From the NCBI GenBank assembly GCA_043778225.1, contig JAYWGM010000094.1, positions 32,001-96,000 on the forward strand: DNA of 64,000 bases, given 5' to 3'. The translations under genes were made by a program, and so were the position numbers. This document shows positions 37,997-48,129 of the stretch, one piece after another. The notes under the pieces are model-generated. The model saw only the letters and a program-made list of their open reading frames with translations. It ran no database searches and had not been told where the DNA came from. This stretch comes from Deinococcales bacterium (GTDB taxonomy: Bacteria; Deinococcota; Deinococci; Deinococcales; JAAFIG01). Within the stretch, counting starts at the first letter, position 1; every line of letters begins with the position of its first letter.

Positions 37997-40350
37997 TTCG
38001 ACATCAACCTTATGGCATTGACGACCCATATAAGCGCTTACCAACCGAACGCAATCCGCGTGACCCACAACCAGACGATATGGTTCAAGTTTCATTTCAG
38101 ACCGACCCTAAAGTTGCAAAAGCATGGCTCAGTCTCGAGACCCATGGTCAGCCTCAAGAAATTACGGCGCAGTCGGTAGGTGGTGTGGACTGGATTGTAC
38201 AACTCGGACAAGTCAAAACTGGAGCGTACAGCTATCAAATCCATACCGACTCGAGCCGCAGCGAGGTTTTTTATTTTGAAGTGGGTGCTTGGTTGGAGTT
38301 AGTAAGACTGCAAAGTATTCAAGTCAATCAAACCAGCCTTGAACTGAGACTCGAGGATAGCCACGGTCAAACCAAGCAACTCAGCCTCAGTTTCCCAAGT
38401 CTGGGTGCTTGTCGTTTACAACTTGGGCAAGCTGCCAGTGGTTTAGTCTGTCGCGCCGAAACGATTGGCGAACAAACCCATGTTTATGCCGATGGTATCG
38501 AAATTTGTATCAATCATCAAGCACTGATGTTACAAGCCAAGCACCCAAGCGCCACAGCATGGCAACTCGAGGCTTCTTTGGCATGGCGTTGGCTCGAGAC
38601 TCAAGGGCAAATTTCTAAAACCGAAGCCACTTTTTATCCCAATTTGGATGAAGCCCTGTACGGACTTGGGGAGCGTTTTAACCAAGCCAATAAACGCGGT
38701 CAAGAACACGATATTCGGGTTTATGAAGAATATAAAGAACAACAAAACCGCACTTATTTGCCTGTGCCGTTAGTCGTTTCATCAAACAGCTATGGGCTGT
38801 GGCTAAATGCCAGCGAACCAAGTCTGTTTGACCTAAAAAGCCAGCCCTGCCGCATTGTTCTCGAGCAACAACCAAGCCACGTCTCGCGCTTTGATTTACA
38901 TTTTTTGGTTGGACAAAAACCCTACGACATCACCCGAATTTTTACAGCTTTAACCAGTGAGATTGCTGTGCCACCCGCTTGGGCATTTGGTCCTTGGATG
39001 TCCAGCAATGATTGGAACAACCAAGAAAAAACCGAAAATGCCATTCGTACAACCATTGCCAAAAATATCCCTGCAACTGTTTTGGTTCTCGAGGCTTGGA
39101 GTGATGAATCTACTTTTTATGCTTTCAATGATGCCAAATACACACCTAAAACCAGTCAAGAACCACCAAAACTGAGCGATTTTGAATTTGCTGGACGCTG
39201 GAAAGACCCTAAGAAAATGATTGAAGAATGCCACCAACATGGTATTCGAGTGCTACTTTGGCAAATTCCAGTTTACCGCGCCACTGCCGATGACCACGCC
39301 CCAAATCACACCAGAATTCAGCACCATGCCGACCAACAACATATGCTTCAAAATCACTTTGCGGTAAAAGAAGCCGATGGCTCGAGTTATCGCTGTAAAG
39401 GCTGGTGGTTTACCGGCGGTTTGGTCATGGATTTTACCAATCCCAAGGCTCGAGATTGGTGGTTTTCCAAACGCCAATACTTATTTGAAGACCTCGGCAT
39501 AGACGGCATGAAAACCGATGGCGGCGAACACCTCTGGGGGCGCGACTTAAAAATGCACGACGGACGACGCGGACTCGAGATGTTTAACGCTTACCCCAAC
39601 GAATATGTGGGTGCATACCACAACTTTATTCAAAAACAAACCAAAGACAATGGCATCACGTTCTCGAGGGCTGGTTTTACAGGCAGCCAATGTTACCCAG
39701 CCCACTGGGCTGGTGATGAAAACAGCACGTGGAGCGCTTATAAAGCCTCGATTCAGGCTGGACTATCGGCTGGTTTAAGTGGTATTTCGATCTGGAGTTG
39801 GGATATTGGCGGTTTTAGTGGCGATATTCCGACCGTAGAATTGTATGCTCGGTCATCTGCCATGGCGTGCTTTTGCCCAATCATGCAGTACCATTCTGAA
39901 TTTAATTCTGCCAAAGATAACCGCGACCGAAGCCCGTGGAACATCGCCGAACGGCACAACGACCCCCGCGCCCTCGAGATTTACCGCTTTTATGCCCAAC
40001 TCCGCATGAAAATGCTCGAGACCCTGCACAGTCAAGCCATTAGCCTGAGCCAAGCTGGATTACCCCTGATGCGCTACCCGTACCTCGAGTACCCAGAAGC
40101 CAGAGATTTTCTTGCCCAAGACCCAGATGCCTACCTATTCACCGAAGATTTACTGATTTGCCCTGTGGTTGAAAAAGGGGCAAGTACCCGAGAGGTGAAA
40201 TTACCGCCCGGTCAATGGGTAGATTTTTGGTCTGGAGCAGTTTTTATTGGGCTGAATAGCCTAACCATGCCAGCCCCGCTCGAGCGAATCCCTGTATTTG
40301 TACGCGGCGACAGCCCAAGATTATCGTGGTGGCTGAGTTTGGTTGCTTAA
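37993..40350 (+). CDS. GH31 glycosidase (cycloalternan/alpha-1,3-isomaltosidase-like)
   Basis: YGLGERF, GMKTDGGE nucleophile, WAGD, DIGGF, MQYHSE. Confidence 0.92.
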   Translation: MIRHQPYGIDDPYKRLPTERNPRDPQPDDMVQVSFQTDPKVAKAWLSLETHGQPQEITAQSVGGVDWIVQLGQVKTGAYSYQIHTDSSRSEVFYFEVGAWLELVRLQSIQVNQTSLELRLEDSHGQTKQLSLSFPSLGACRLQLGQAASGLVCRAETIGEQTHVYADGIEICINHQALMLQAKHPSATAWQLEASLAWRWLETQGQISKTEATFYPNLDEALYGLGERFNQANKRGQEHDIRVYEEYKEQQNRTYLPVPLVVSSNSYGLWLNASEPSLFDLKSQPCRIVLEQQPSHVSRFDLHFLVGQKPYDITRIFTALTSEIAVPPAWAFGPWMSSNDWNNQEKTENAIRTTIAKNIPATVLVLEAWSDESTFYAFNDAKYTPKTSQEPPKLSDFEFAGRWKDPKKMIEECHQHGIRVLLWQIPVYRATADDHAPNHTRIQHHADQQHMLQNHFAVKEADGSSYRCKGWWFTGGLVMDFTNPKARDWWFSKRQYLFEDLGIDGMKTDGGEHLWGRDLKMHDGRRGLEMFNAYPNEYVGAYHNFIQKQTKDNGITFSRAGFTGSQCYPAHWAGDENSTWSAYKASIQAGLSAGLSGISIWSWDIGGFSGDIPTVELYARSSAMACFCPIMQYHSEFNSAKDNRDRSPWNIAERHNDPRALEIYRFYAQLRMKMLETLHSQAISLSQAGLPLMRYPYLEYPEARDFLAQDPDAYLFTEDLLICPVVEKGASTREVKLPPGQWVDFWSGAVFIGLNSLTMPAPLERIPVFVRGDSPRLSWWLSLVA

Positions 40351-40389
40351 CAGAAGTTGGTCTTCTGGCATTGGTGGTAACTTAGGGAC

Positions 40390-41523
40390 ATGGCAATCCC
40401 AACCCTGCACATCAACCCAGAACTTGAGCAAAGCATCCACAACGGTCATCCGTGGGTTTACCATAATCATTTGCCACGCCATGACCTCGAGACTGGCGAG
40501 TGGGTGCGTGTCCAAGCTGGACGCGCCACGGCTTATGGGCTGTACGATGACAACAGTCAGATTGCGATTCGGCTTTTTGGGCGCGAAGAACCAAGCAGTG
40601 CCGTGATTGCCCAAAAAGTCTACGCGGCGCTCGAGTGGCGCAAAGAAATTTTTGACTCAAGCACCAATGCTTACCGCTTAATCAGTGGCGAGAACGATTT
40701 TTTGCCCGGAATTACGGTGGATAAGTACGAGCGTTTTGCGGTGCTGCAAACTTATGCTGACTGCCTCGAGACGATTGTACCGGATGTGGTCAAAGCCTTA
40801 GGTAAAAGTGGCTTCAAAGGCATTTTGCGGCGCGACGAAAACAAAGAACTGACCGCACTCTGGGGAACTTTGCCACCGCCCGAAGTCACGATTCTCGAGA
40901 ATAATCTTAAAATCATTGCCAACCTCTACGACGGACAAAAGACGGGTTTATTTTTAGACCACCGCGATAACCGCGCCGCCCTCGAGAAGTTTAGCAAGGA
41001 CAAATTGGTCTTAAATTTATTTGCTTACACTGGGGCTTTTAGTTTGTATGCGGCTCGAGGTGGCGCAACCCAGATTACCAGTGTGGACATTGCTTCTGCC
41101 GCGATGCGCGATGCCGCTCGCAATTTTGACCTGAACGGCTTTGACTCGAAACAACATGAATTTATTGCGGCTGACTGCTTTAAGTTGCTCGAGCAGTATG
41201 TCCAAGAAGGCAAACAATTTGATTTGGTTATTTTAGACCCGCCAAGCCTAGCCAAGAGTAAAGACAACCGTTATGCGGCGGCTCGAGCCTATAAAAAACT
41301 TAATGCCTTGGCAATTAAATGCACTCGAGCAGGCGGATTACTTGCCACTGCCAGTTGCACCAGTCAAATCTCGCCCGAGGCATTTAAGGAAATTGTTCTC
41401 GAGGCAGCTGGCGATTGCAAACGGCAACTGCAAATTGTCCAAGAAAACGGGCAAGCGATGGATCATCCTGTTGCGTTTTTTGAAGGGCGATACTTAAAAT
41501 TTGTATTGGCTCGAGTGCAATAA
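40390..41523 (+). CDS. RlmI-like SAM-dependent rRNA methyltransferase
   Basis: GHPWVY, GQKTG.FLD.R, LNLF.YTG.F, DPPS, YLK. Confidence 0.9.
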   Translation: MAIPTLHINPELEQSIHNGHPWVYHNHLPRHDLETGEWVRVQAGRATAYGLYDDNSQIAIRLFGREEPSSAVIAQKVYAALEWRKEIFDSSTNAYRLISGENDFLPGITVDKYERFAVLQTYADCLETIVPDVVKALGKSGFKGILRRDENKELTALWGTLPPPEVTILENNLKIIANLYDGQKTGLFLDHRDNRAALEKFSKDKLVLNLFAYTGAFSLYAARGGATQITSVDIASAAMRDAARNFDLNGFDSKQHEFIAADCFKLLEQYVQEGKQFDLVILDPPSLAKSKDNRYAAARAYKKLNALAIKCTRAGGLLATASCTSQISPEAFKEIVLEAAGDCKRQLQIVQENGQAMDHPVAFFEGRYLKFVLARVQ

Positions 41524-41579
41524 AAAAGGCTCGAGTTCAGTCAGCTTGCGTTAGCACCACGACTGGGGCAATCAATAGC

Positions 41580-41606
41580 ATACGGCAACTAGCCGTATGT
41601 TATACT
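41580..41606 (+). promoter_or_regulatory. TA operator palindrome and -10 box
   Basis: ATACGGC-N5-GCCGTAT then TATACT-N6-ATG. Confidence 0.7.
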
Positions 41607-41612
41607 TTTAGG

Positions 41613-41888
41613 ATGTCAATCTCCAATCAAACCGAACGAATTGAAATGCGTGTCCCAGCCAGCAATAAAAGTAGTCTGCAACGGGCTGCGGTGCTGCGTG
41701 GACAAAGCCTGACCGATTTTGTCCTCCAAGCTGCGCTTGAGTCGGCAATCCAAACCATTCAAAAACACGAAATCATTCAACTGAACCAAGTCGCCTCGAG
41801 TACCTTTTACGAACTGCTGCAAAACCCACCTAAACCAAATGCTGCCCTCAAAAAAGCTGCCTCTGCTCATGCCAAACGCTATGGATAA
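41613..41888 (+). CDS. DUF1778 (RHH) antitoxin
   Basis: RIEMR...AA...G.SLTDF...A...PP.PN.AL. Confidence 0.92.
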   Translation: MSISNQTERIEMRVPASNKSSLQRAAVLRGQSLTDFVLQAALESAIQTIQKHEIIQLNQVASSTFYELLQNPPKPNAALKKAASAHAKRYG

Positions 41889-42384
41889 AGCCTTAGGATT
41901 CGAGCCTTTTGATGCTAAAATCCATGACCGAAACGGATTTATCTGTAACGAACCCAGCCTGACCAGATTTATTCAAGAGCAAGCTCGCAAAGAACAAGAA
42001 AGTCGGACGTGCAGTATTTTTGTGCTGACCGACGGTACAACCATTGTGGGTTACTACACCCTTTCAAATACCACGGTTCAACTCGAGGGCTTGCCCACCA
42101 ATCACAGTAAGCGTTTACCAAAATATCCAAATGTCCCAGCCACCTTACTTGGGCGTTTAGCCGTCAATCAGGCTTTTATGGCACAAGGTTACGGAAGAGA
42201 TTTACTGTTGGACGCACTAAAACGAGCCTACTCGGTCAGCCTCGAAGTGGCATCATGGGCAATTGTGGTGGATGCACTGCACGAAAAAGCGGCTGGATTC
42301 TACTCGAGATACGGCTTTGTGGCGCTTGAGGGACAACCGATGCGTTTATTTTTACCGATGGCAACGATTGGGCAATTATTCTAA
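41881..42384 (+). CDS. GNAT toxin (AtaT/TacT-like)
   Basis: HDR.GF, GYYTL, P..LLGRLAV, G.G..LL.DA, VVDA, FY...GF. Confidence 0.92.
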   Translation: MDKALGFEPFDAKIHDRNGFICNEPSLTRFIQEQARKEQESRTCSIFVLTDGTTIVGYYTLSNTTVQLEGLPTNHSKRLPKYPNVPATLLGRLAVNQAFMAQGYGRDLLLDALKRAYSVSLEVASWAIVVDALHEKAAGFYSRYGFVALEGQPMRLFLPMATIGQLF

Positions 42385-42395
42385 AAAAAGGCTGG

Positions 42396-42425
42396 TACTT
42401 AAAATTTGTACTGGCTCGAGTCTAA
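42396..42425 (+). repeat. Orphan duplicate of the methyltransferase 3' end
   Basis: 42396-42421 matches 41491-41516 at 25/26 nt. Confidence 0.9.
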
Positions 42426-42917
42426 TTACCTCGAGAAATCCCAAGAGACCAGTTTGCCATTTTTGTACGGCATCACCCCAGAAAAGATGCGCGGGTCTTG
42501 GTCAAAAACCAGTGGCAAAAAATGTTTATCGCCTTCCCAGAGCGGATAATCGCCAGCCAGTAGCTTAGAAATTTCGACCCACTCGAGTGTGCCTTCGGGG
42601 TTCTCGAAAGTGATGTTGCCCGTGTAGCCTTTTGCCACAAAAATAAAGCCAAACCAGTCTTCGTTCGCCTTACCAAAACCAGACCAGTTGATTGTGCCAC
42701 GCAGCGTTATGTTCTCGAGAACAACCCCAGCTTCTTCTAAAAATTCGCGGCGCAAACCAGAAACCACGTCCTCGAGTGGCTCGAGTTTACCGCCCAGCCC
42801 ATTGTATTTTCCAAGGTGGGCATCCGAACTGCGTTTATGACGATGCACCAGCAAGACTTTTTGATTGTCGTCAGAAATTAAGTAACCAAGTGTGGCAAGA
42901 ATTGGCGTGTAAGGCAT
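42426..42917 (-). CDS. Nudix hydrolase (8-oxo-dGTPase-like)
   Basis: GGKLE.......RREFLEEAG Nudix box; WEGD. Confidence 0.93.
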   Translation of the reverse strand: MPYTPILATLGYLISDDNQKVLLVHRHKRSSDAHLGKYNGLGGKLEPLEDVVSGLRREFLEEAGVVLENITLRGTINWSGFGKANEDWFGFIFVAKGYTGNITFENPEGTLEWVEISKLLAGDYPLWEGDKHFLPLVFDQDPRIFSGVMPYKNGKLVSWDFSR

Positions 42918-42931
42918 GGCTCGAGTTTACG

Positions 42932-43273
42932 TCAGAACGACCGTTTGCGTTTAGCCCGAATTGCTCGTTGTGCCTCGAGTGCTAAAGCATCGGCTTGGTT
43001 TTGGGTCAAATCATCGTTCTGACCATTATCGGATAAAATCAAATCCCAGTCTTTATCTTCTGAATAAGGAACAGAGTACAATTCTTCCAATTCCGAACGG
43101 TATTGACCCCAATCCATAAATTCGTAATAGGCAGTCATGGCAGCAAAATAATGACTGGCTTCACACGTCCAAATTAGCTCCGCACCGTCACTCACACAAT
43201 CCCTTGCCGTAGCGTTAAAAACAGGGATGAAAGTCAGGCTACCATCTTTTTCTTGCCAAAGTTCATGTCGCAT
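42932..43273 (-). CDS. Hypothetical protein
   Basis: ORF overlapping upstream stop; W..EA....AM..Y..FM.WG.Y. Confidence 0.65.
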   Translation of the reverse strand: MRHELWQEKDGSLTFIPVFNATARDCVSDGAELIWTCEASHYFAAMTAYYEFMDWGQYRSELEELYSVPYSEDKDWDLILSDNGQNDDLTQNQADALALEAQRAIRAKRKRSF

Positions 43274-43649
43274 ATCGTTTCAAGTAATTTGGACTTGCCA
43301 CACGCAATTTATCCACTGCAATTTGCCGCAGCACTCCAAGCGCACCGCTCGGCACAACCCCAGCCCGAATCCGACTCGAGAGGAGTGAATTTAAGCGCAG
43401 CACTTCTTGGTCTAACGCTTCTCGAGAATCTGGTATTTCCAATTCAGTCTCGAGCAACCCAGCTAAGGCAATTGCTTCGGCACGCAAAAAACCCTCCTCG
43501 AGATTCGAGCGCTCGAGCATAGACAAAGCATTCATGGCAACCAGAGTCCGAAATTTTAGCCGAGCATCGGTAATCGTTGGCAGAATTTCAGTCTCGAGGA
43601 ATTCGCGCACTGCTAAAGCAAGTTCAGGATTATTAGGGCGTGGTTGCAT
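43263..43649 (-). CDS. DUF6285-like partner of phosphotransferase
   Basis: MQ.RP...EL..AV.EFL...VA.NAL...KL.V..P.Y. Confidence 0.8.
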   Translation of the reverse strand: MQPRPNNPELALAVREFLETEILPTITDARLKFRTLVAMNALSMLERSNLEEGFLRAEAIALAGLLETELEIPDSREALDQEVLRLNSLLSSRIRAGVVPSGALGVLRQIAVDKLRVASPNYLKRYAT

Positions 43650-43689
43650 ACAGAAAGTATAAGGTAGAAGTGTTCACGGGGTTTACTTT

Positions 43690-44679
43690 TTACCTTTTTA
43701 CCTTTTCACCCAAAAGCTCTAAAATCTCGAGTTCCATTTCGGCACTTAATCGCCCGAGTACAGCCAGTTCTACGCTGAGTTCAAAACCATCCAAATGGCG
43801 CTTGGCTTGGGTTAGGGCTGCTACTGCCCATTTGACATTGCCCATGATTTCCCAGTAGTGCAGGGTTTTGAAAGTAATATCTCGGTTAGTCAACGTATTG
43901 TAGTGCGCCAAGTAAGGCTCGAGTTCACCGATGCCGCCAAGATGCAAATGGTCTTGTCCAAATCGCCATGCGCGAATTAAAGTCCAAGCCAAGTCCTCGG
44001 CTGGGTCGCCTAAGTGGGCAAATTCCCAATCCAGCACCGCCGTTAGTGTGGTCTCGGAAAGCATTAAATTACCGATTCTAAAATCGCCATGCGTTAGAAC
44101 TTCGCCGTGACTTGGCGGTTCATGGGTTTTTAGCCAGTGCAGTGCAAGTTCTATGGTTGGGTGTGGTTCGGCTACACTGTCGAGTTCGGCGTACAACCGC
44201 GCAATGCTGCGCGTCGCTCCAGTGCCACTGCCAGAATTGGGCAGAAAATCGAGGCTCGAGGAATCCACAGCATGAATTTTGCTGAGTTCTTCTGCCATGC
44301 GCTTGGGCAGTCCGGCTCGAGCCACGCTAAATTCTGGGCGGCTGACAATCCGCCGCCCCACGGCTTCGCCACGTACACGCTCGGAAATAAAAGCTTCACG
44401 CCCAAGCACATCTGGCAAATACGCCATTGGTTTTGGCACGGTCACACCAGCCGCAAAAGCCGCTTCAAGAACTCTGAATTCCTGCTCTAAAGTCAATTGC
44501 TCAAGGTTCATAGCGCCGCCACCAGCACGGCGCATAATGAGTTCTAAGTTCTGACCGTTTTGCTCGAGGTCAAGCAGCCACGCTTCTTTGCTTGCACCAC
44601 CCGCCAAGAGTTGCAATTTTAGGATACTCGAGTTGGGAAAAAGCGGCTCGAGTAAGACCGCTAGGGTTTCGGGTTTCAT
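43690..44679 (-). CDS. APH-like phosphotransferase (ACAD10-type)
   Basis: GGAS.E, HGDFR.GN, LDWE.AH.GDP.EDL. Confidence 0.92.
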   Translation of the reverse strand: MKPETLAVLLEPLFPNSSILKLQLLAGGASKEAWLLDLEQNGQNLELIMRRAGGGAMNLEQLTLEQEFRVLEAAFAAGVTVPKPMAYLPDVLGREAFISERVRGEAVGRRIVSRPEFSVARAGLPKRMAEELSKIHAVDSSSLDFLPNSGSGTGATRSIARLYAELDSVAEPHPTIELALHWLKTHEPPSHGEVLTHGDFRIGNLMLSETTLTAVLDWEFAHLGDPAEDLAWTLIRAWRFGQDHLHLGGIGELEPYLAHYNTLTNRDITFKTLHYWEIMGNVKWAVAALTQAKRHLDGFELSVELAVLGRLSAEMELEILELLGEKVKR

Positions 44680-44702
44680 GATGGTCTTAGTTTACCCGAG
44701 AT

Positions 44703-46814
44703 TTACGGCTTACCTCGGGGGACGTTAAATCGTTCAAAAAAACCAGCGTACACAAGTTCAAGAAAATCTTTTTCAGGTAGGCGCTGCTCGAGAAAATCAG
44801 TCAGTTCCTTGGGTTCTTTTTGCTCTTCGATTAAGCGCTTTAAGCCCAAGAATTGCAAACCTGTTAAAGCCCCTTTGGTACTTAATGCCAGAATTTGGGT
44901 CACTCGAGCTTCGAGGTTTGGTGTGATATTGCTAACTGTTGCAATCATGGCGGGTACTTCTAGTTTTTTGATTCCAGCCACCAAACCATTTGGCATTTGG
45001 AATGACTGCACACCTTTTGGAGATGTGACGATAAGTTGCTCGTTGTTAGAGCTAAAAACTGCTTGCGAACGGCTGTCAAAATTGGGAAGCTCGAGCAGGT
45101 TTTTACCCGTTGCTACTTCTTGAACATAGGCAGTCGAGCCAAGACTGACCAGTGCCATCGAAGCATCCGCCGAAACAGTATGCACCATGTCTGGTTTGAG
45201 CATTTCAGCTTGGGTTTCTAAACGTAATTTGCCACTTAAATCCCAGATTAAAAAGCTATTTTCAATCCGATTAGAAATAAGCACCATGTTGTTATTAGCA
45301 AATGGAATGAGCCTTGGAGAAAAATAAAAATCTGCTTTCGGACTGATTATTTCATTGATTATTTTGCCTGTTTGTGCATCCCAGACAATGGTTTTTCCTG
45401 TTTCGTCAAGGCTGATAATTTGCTTTTGATCAAATGAAAAAACAGCCGCCGCAATGTTGACTTGATGCGCTAACTTGAGTTTTTCTGCGCCTGAAGTTGC
45501 ATTCCAGAGTCGCACAGTTTTATCCGCCCCAACACTTAAAATGCTTTGCCCATCGCTCGAGAAAATGGCTGATTCCATTTCGCCATCATGACCATTTAAG
45601 GAAGTCACCAATTCACCTGTTTGGCTGTTCCAAACATCACCGTGGACTTCACTTGCCGTGACAAAAACAGTGCTGTCTGGCGAAAAGTCAGCTGTGTTGA
45701 GCGGTTCGTCAATCTCAAAGCTCAAAATTTCTTTGCCATCTTCGGCAGAATAAATCCGCACATCCTGCAAACCTGTGCTGGTCAGAATTTTCTTGTTGTC
45801 GCTAGAAAAAACCACCGAATTGGTCTTAAACGAATGCCCAATCAAGTTCTGCAAGACCTTACCCGTTTTGACTTCCCAGATTTTAGCTGTTCCATCGCGG
45901 CTTGCCGAAATAATTTTTTGATCGGTTGCCCCAAAACTGAGCGCATAAAGCGAAGCCTGATGCCCTTTGAAAACACGCAATTCTTTTCCAGATTTTGCAT
46001 CCCAGAGCCGAATGGTTGTGTCTTGACTACCCGATACAAATTTGCTTTGGTCTTGACTGACCGCCAAGGTAAAAACCGAATTGGTATGCCCTTTAAGTTT
46101 CATCACTTCTTTACCCGAAGCAATGTCCCAAATCCGCACAAATTCATCACTTGAAGCCGTCACGACCCTCGAGTTACCCGCAATAAACACACCAGCATAG
46201 ACAGACTCTGTGTGCTTTAATGAACGCACCAGCTTACCTGTTTTGGTATCCCAGATTCTCGAGGTTTGATCATCACTCGAAGTTACAAGGCGCGAACCAT
46301 CCTTAGAGAACTCAGCTTCAAACACATAATCGGTGTGTCCTTTTAAGGTCAGCAGCACCTTACCCGTAACAGCATTAAAAATAAGAACATCCTCTTGATT
46401 GGCGGCACTGGCAGTAAACCGCGTGCCATCGGGCGAGAATCCGGCTGCTCCTGAACCAGTCTCTATGGCTTGAATCAGTCCACCTGTTTTGGCATTCCAT
46501 AAACGAGTTGTATCATCAGAACTGTTTGACAGGATTCTCGAGCCATCCTTAGAAAAAAAAGCCGAACTGACCCCCGAAGAACTGGCTTGGATTTTTAAGC
46601 CCGTTTTTCCAGTGGCTGTATTCCAAAGTTGAATCGCTCCATCTGTCCCTGCCGTTAATGCCAAACTTGCATTGGAGTTAAAGCGAGCAAAGTTGACCAC
46701 ACCACCCAGCGAAGCTGTAAACCACGTCGGTTTCTCGAGTTTAGGCACAGCCACTTGGGCAGCCCCGATACTCAAAAAAGCAACCAGCCCCAAACCAAAC
46801 AATAACTTTTTCAT
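44703..46814 (-). CDS. Secreted WD40-repeat protein
   Basis: Signal peptide; many GH...FS.DG...S.D.T.R.WD repeats. Confidence 0.92.
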   Translation of the reverse strand: MKKLLFGLGLVAFLSIGAAQVAVPKLEKPTWFTASLGGVVNFARFNSNASLALTAGTDGAIQLWNTATGKTGLKIQASSSGVSSAFFSKDGSRILSNSSDDTTRLWNAKTGGLIQAIETGSGAAGFSPDGTRFTASAANQEDVLIFNAVTGKVLLTLKGHTDYVFEAEFSKDGSRLVTSSDDQTSRIWDTKTGKLVRSLKHTESVYAGVFIAGNSRVVTASSDEFVRIWDIASGKEVMKLKGHTNSVFTLAVSQDQSKFVSGSQDTTIRLWDAKSGKELRVFKGHQASLYALSFGATDQKIISASRDGTAKIWEVKTGKVLQNLIGHSFKTNSVVFSSDNKKILTSTGLQDVRIYSAEDGKEILSFEIDEPLNTADFSPDSTVFVTASEVHGDVWNSQTGELVTSLNGHDGEMESAIFSSDGQSILSVGADKTVRLWNATSGAEKLKLAHQVNIAAAVFSFDQKQIISLDETGKTIVWDAQTGKIINEIISPKADFYFSPRLIPFANNNMVLISNRIENSFLIWDLSGKLRLETQAEMLKPDMVHTVSADASMALVSLGSTAYVQEVATGKNLLELPNFDSRSQAVFSSNNEQLIVTSPKGVQSFQMPNGLVAGIKKLEVPAMIATVSNITPNLEARVTQILALSTKGALTGLQFLGLKRLIEEQKEPKELTDFLEQRLPEKDFLELVYAGFFERFNVPRGKP

Positions 46815-46918
46815 GTTGACTCCTTATCCTAGAGCCTCATCTTAATTCATTATTGAATTTTGCGACAGCAATGACTGCACAAGCCAAAGCCGAAACGCCT
46901 TGGCTCGAGTATTCTGGA

Positions 46919-48106
46919 TTACTTAGTGCTGGTGATGACCATGCCTTGGTTTGTGCCAAGCCAAATGTTATTGGCATCGAGGGCAAAACCCGAATGCAAT
47001 TGGGCTTCTGGCGCAAGCCCACGCACCGTAGCGGTTGTGTCTTTCCAAGTCTCGCCGCCGTCCACAGTTGAAAGTAACAATGGATTGCTGACCCCAACCT
47101 GCCCAACCGCCCAGCCGTTCTTACCGTCTGGGGCAAAGAAAATGCCATTAAAACGAGAATCTGGTCGCATCGTTGGTAACTTAGCAGCTTTCCAAGTCGA
47201 GGTTGCCGTTTTTCTGGCATCGTTGGTGAAGTAAATAAAATCTGTTTTGCCATAAAAAACAGCGGCTTTGTTACTAAACGTAAAGCATTTGTCACTCGAG
47301 ATACAGGTCACGCCATACGGTGTATCGCCGTCTTGGGTATCTGGTAGGGCAGCCCGATAAAAACGCTTGCCGCCGTCGCTCGATAAACACACGCCTTCTT
47401 TGTCTGGAGCAGCCCTTGAGCCACCACTGGTTGGATATGCCAGAATGCCAAGGTCTGATGCAATGTATACACTTTGCAATGGCGGCGGCACAGCTGCCAA
47501 ACCGGGTAAGGAACTGCACAAGGTTTTGTTGCTCTCGCGCCAGAGTTGAAAGAATCCATCGGGTGCGCTTTCTGGCGACCAAATCGAAGTCCAGAGCGCA
47601 CCAGCACTGGGTTCATCCAAACTTTCGGTAATAAAAGCCTGAACGCCTAAGACCCAACGGTCATCTTTAACACCAATGCCAGATTGATAATTTAAGCCAC
47701 CTGGGGTTTTACCGAGGCTACTGACACTCCAATTGCCAATACCGCCCTTGCTCGAGATAAGTGCTTTGGACACATTGGTTAATGCCATGATTTTATCGCC
47801 AGCTTTGGCAAATCCAAAGAAATTAATATCGCCCAGCAAACCGACTTTGCTCGAGTTAGCAGCATCAGAGCCATCCACCAATTTTGCGCCCGCGCTTTGC
47901 CCATTGCTGGCATAGACTTTTCCGCCACCAGAAACAGCCGTGGCGACCACACAACTTTTTGGATTAACACAGTAAATACCTGTCACCCGTTCTTTGGGGT
48001 CGGTCAGCTTAAAGGACTTAAACTCGAGGCTTTGGGAGTTGGCAACTGCTAGTAGTACCGTAGCCAAACCAAGAATTGCGCTGAGACCAAGTGGTGTGTT
48101 TTTCAT
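46919..48106 (-). CDS. Secreted beta-propeller protein (BNR/Asp-box)
   Basis: Signal peptide; SSDGGK.F and TVDGGETW Asp-boxes. Confidence 0.8.
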   Translation of the reverse strand: MKNTPLGLSAILGLATVLLAVANSQSLEFKSFKLTDPKERVTGIYCVNPKSCVVATAVSGGGKVYASNGQSAGAKLVDGSDAANSSKVGLLGDINFFGFAKAGDKIMALTNVSKALISSKGGIGNWSVSSLGKTPGGLNYQSGIGVKDDRWVLGVQAFITESLDEPSAGALWTSIWSPESAPDGFFQLWRESNKTLCSSLPGLAAVPPPLQSVYIASDLGILAYPTSGGSRAAPDKEGVCLSSDGGKRFYRAALPDTQDGDTPYGVTCISSDKCFTFSNKAAVFYGKTDFIYFTNDARKTATSTWKAAKLPTMRPDSRFNGIFFAPDGKNGWAVGQVGVSNPLLLSTVDGGETWKDTTATVRGLAPEAQLHSGFALDANNIWLGTNQGMVITSTK

Positions 48107-48129
48107 AATTTACTCCTTTATTGCTTTGG

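Noticed and set aside
43690..44679. Aminoglycoside phosphotransferase resistance gene
   Set aside because: ACAD10-type APH paired with a DUF6285-like gene, more consistent with a metabolic role
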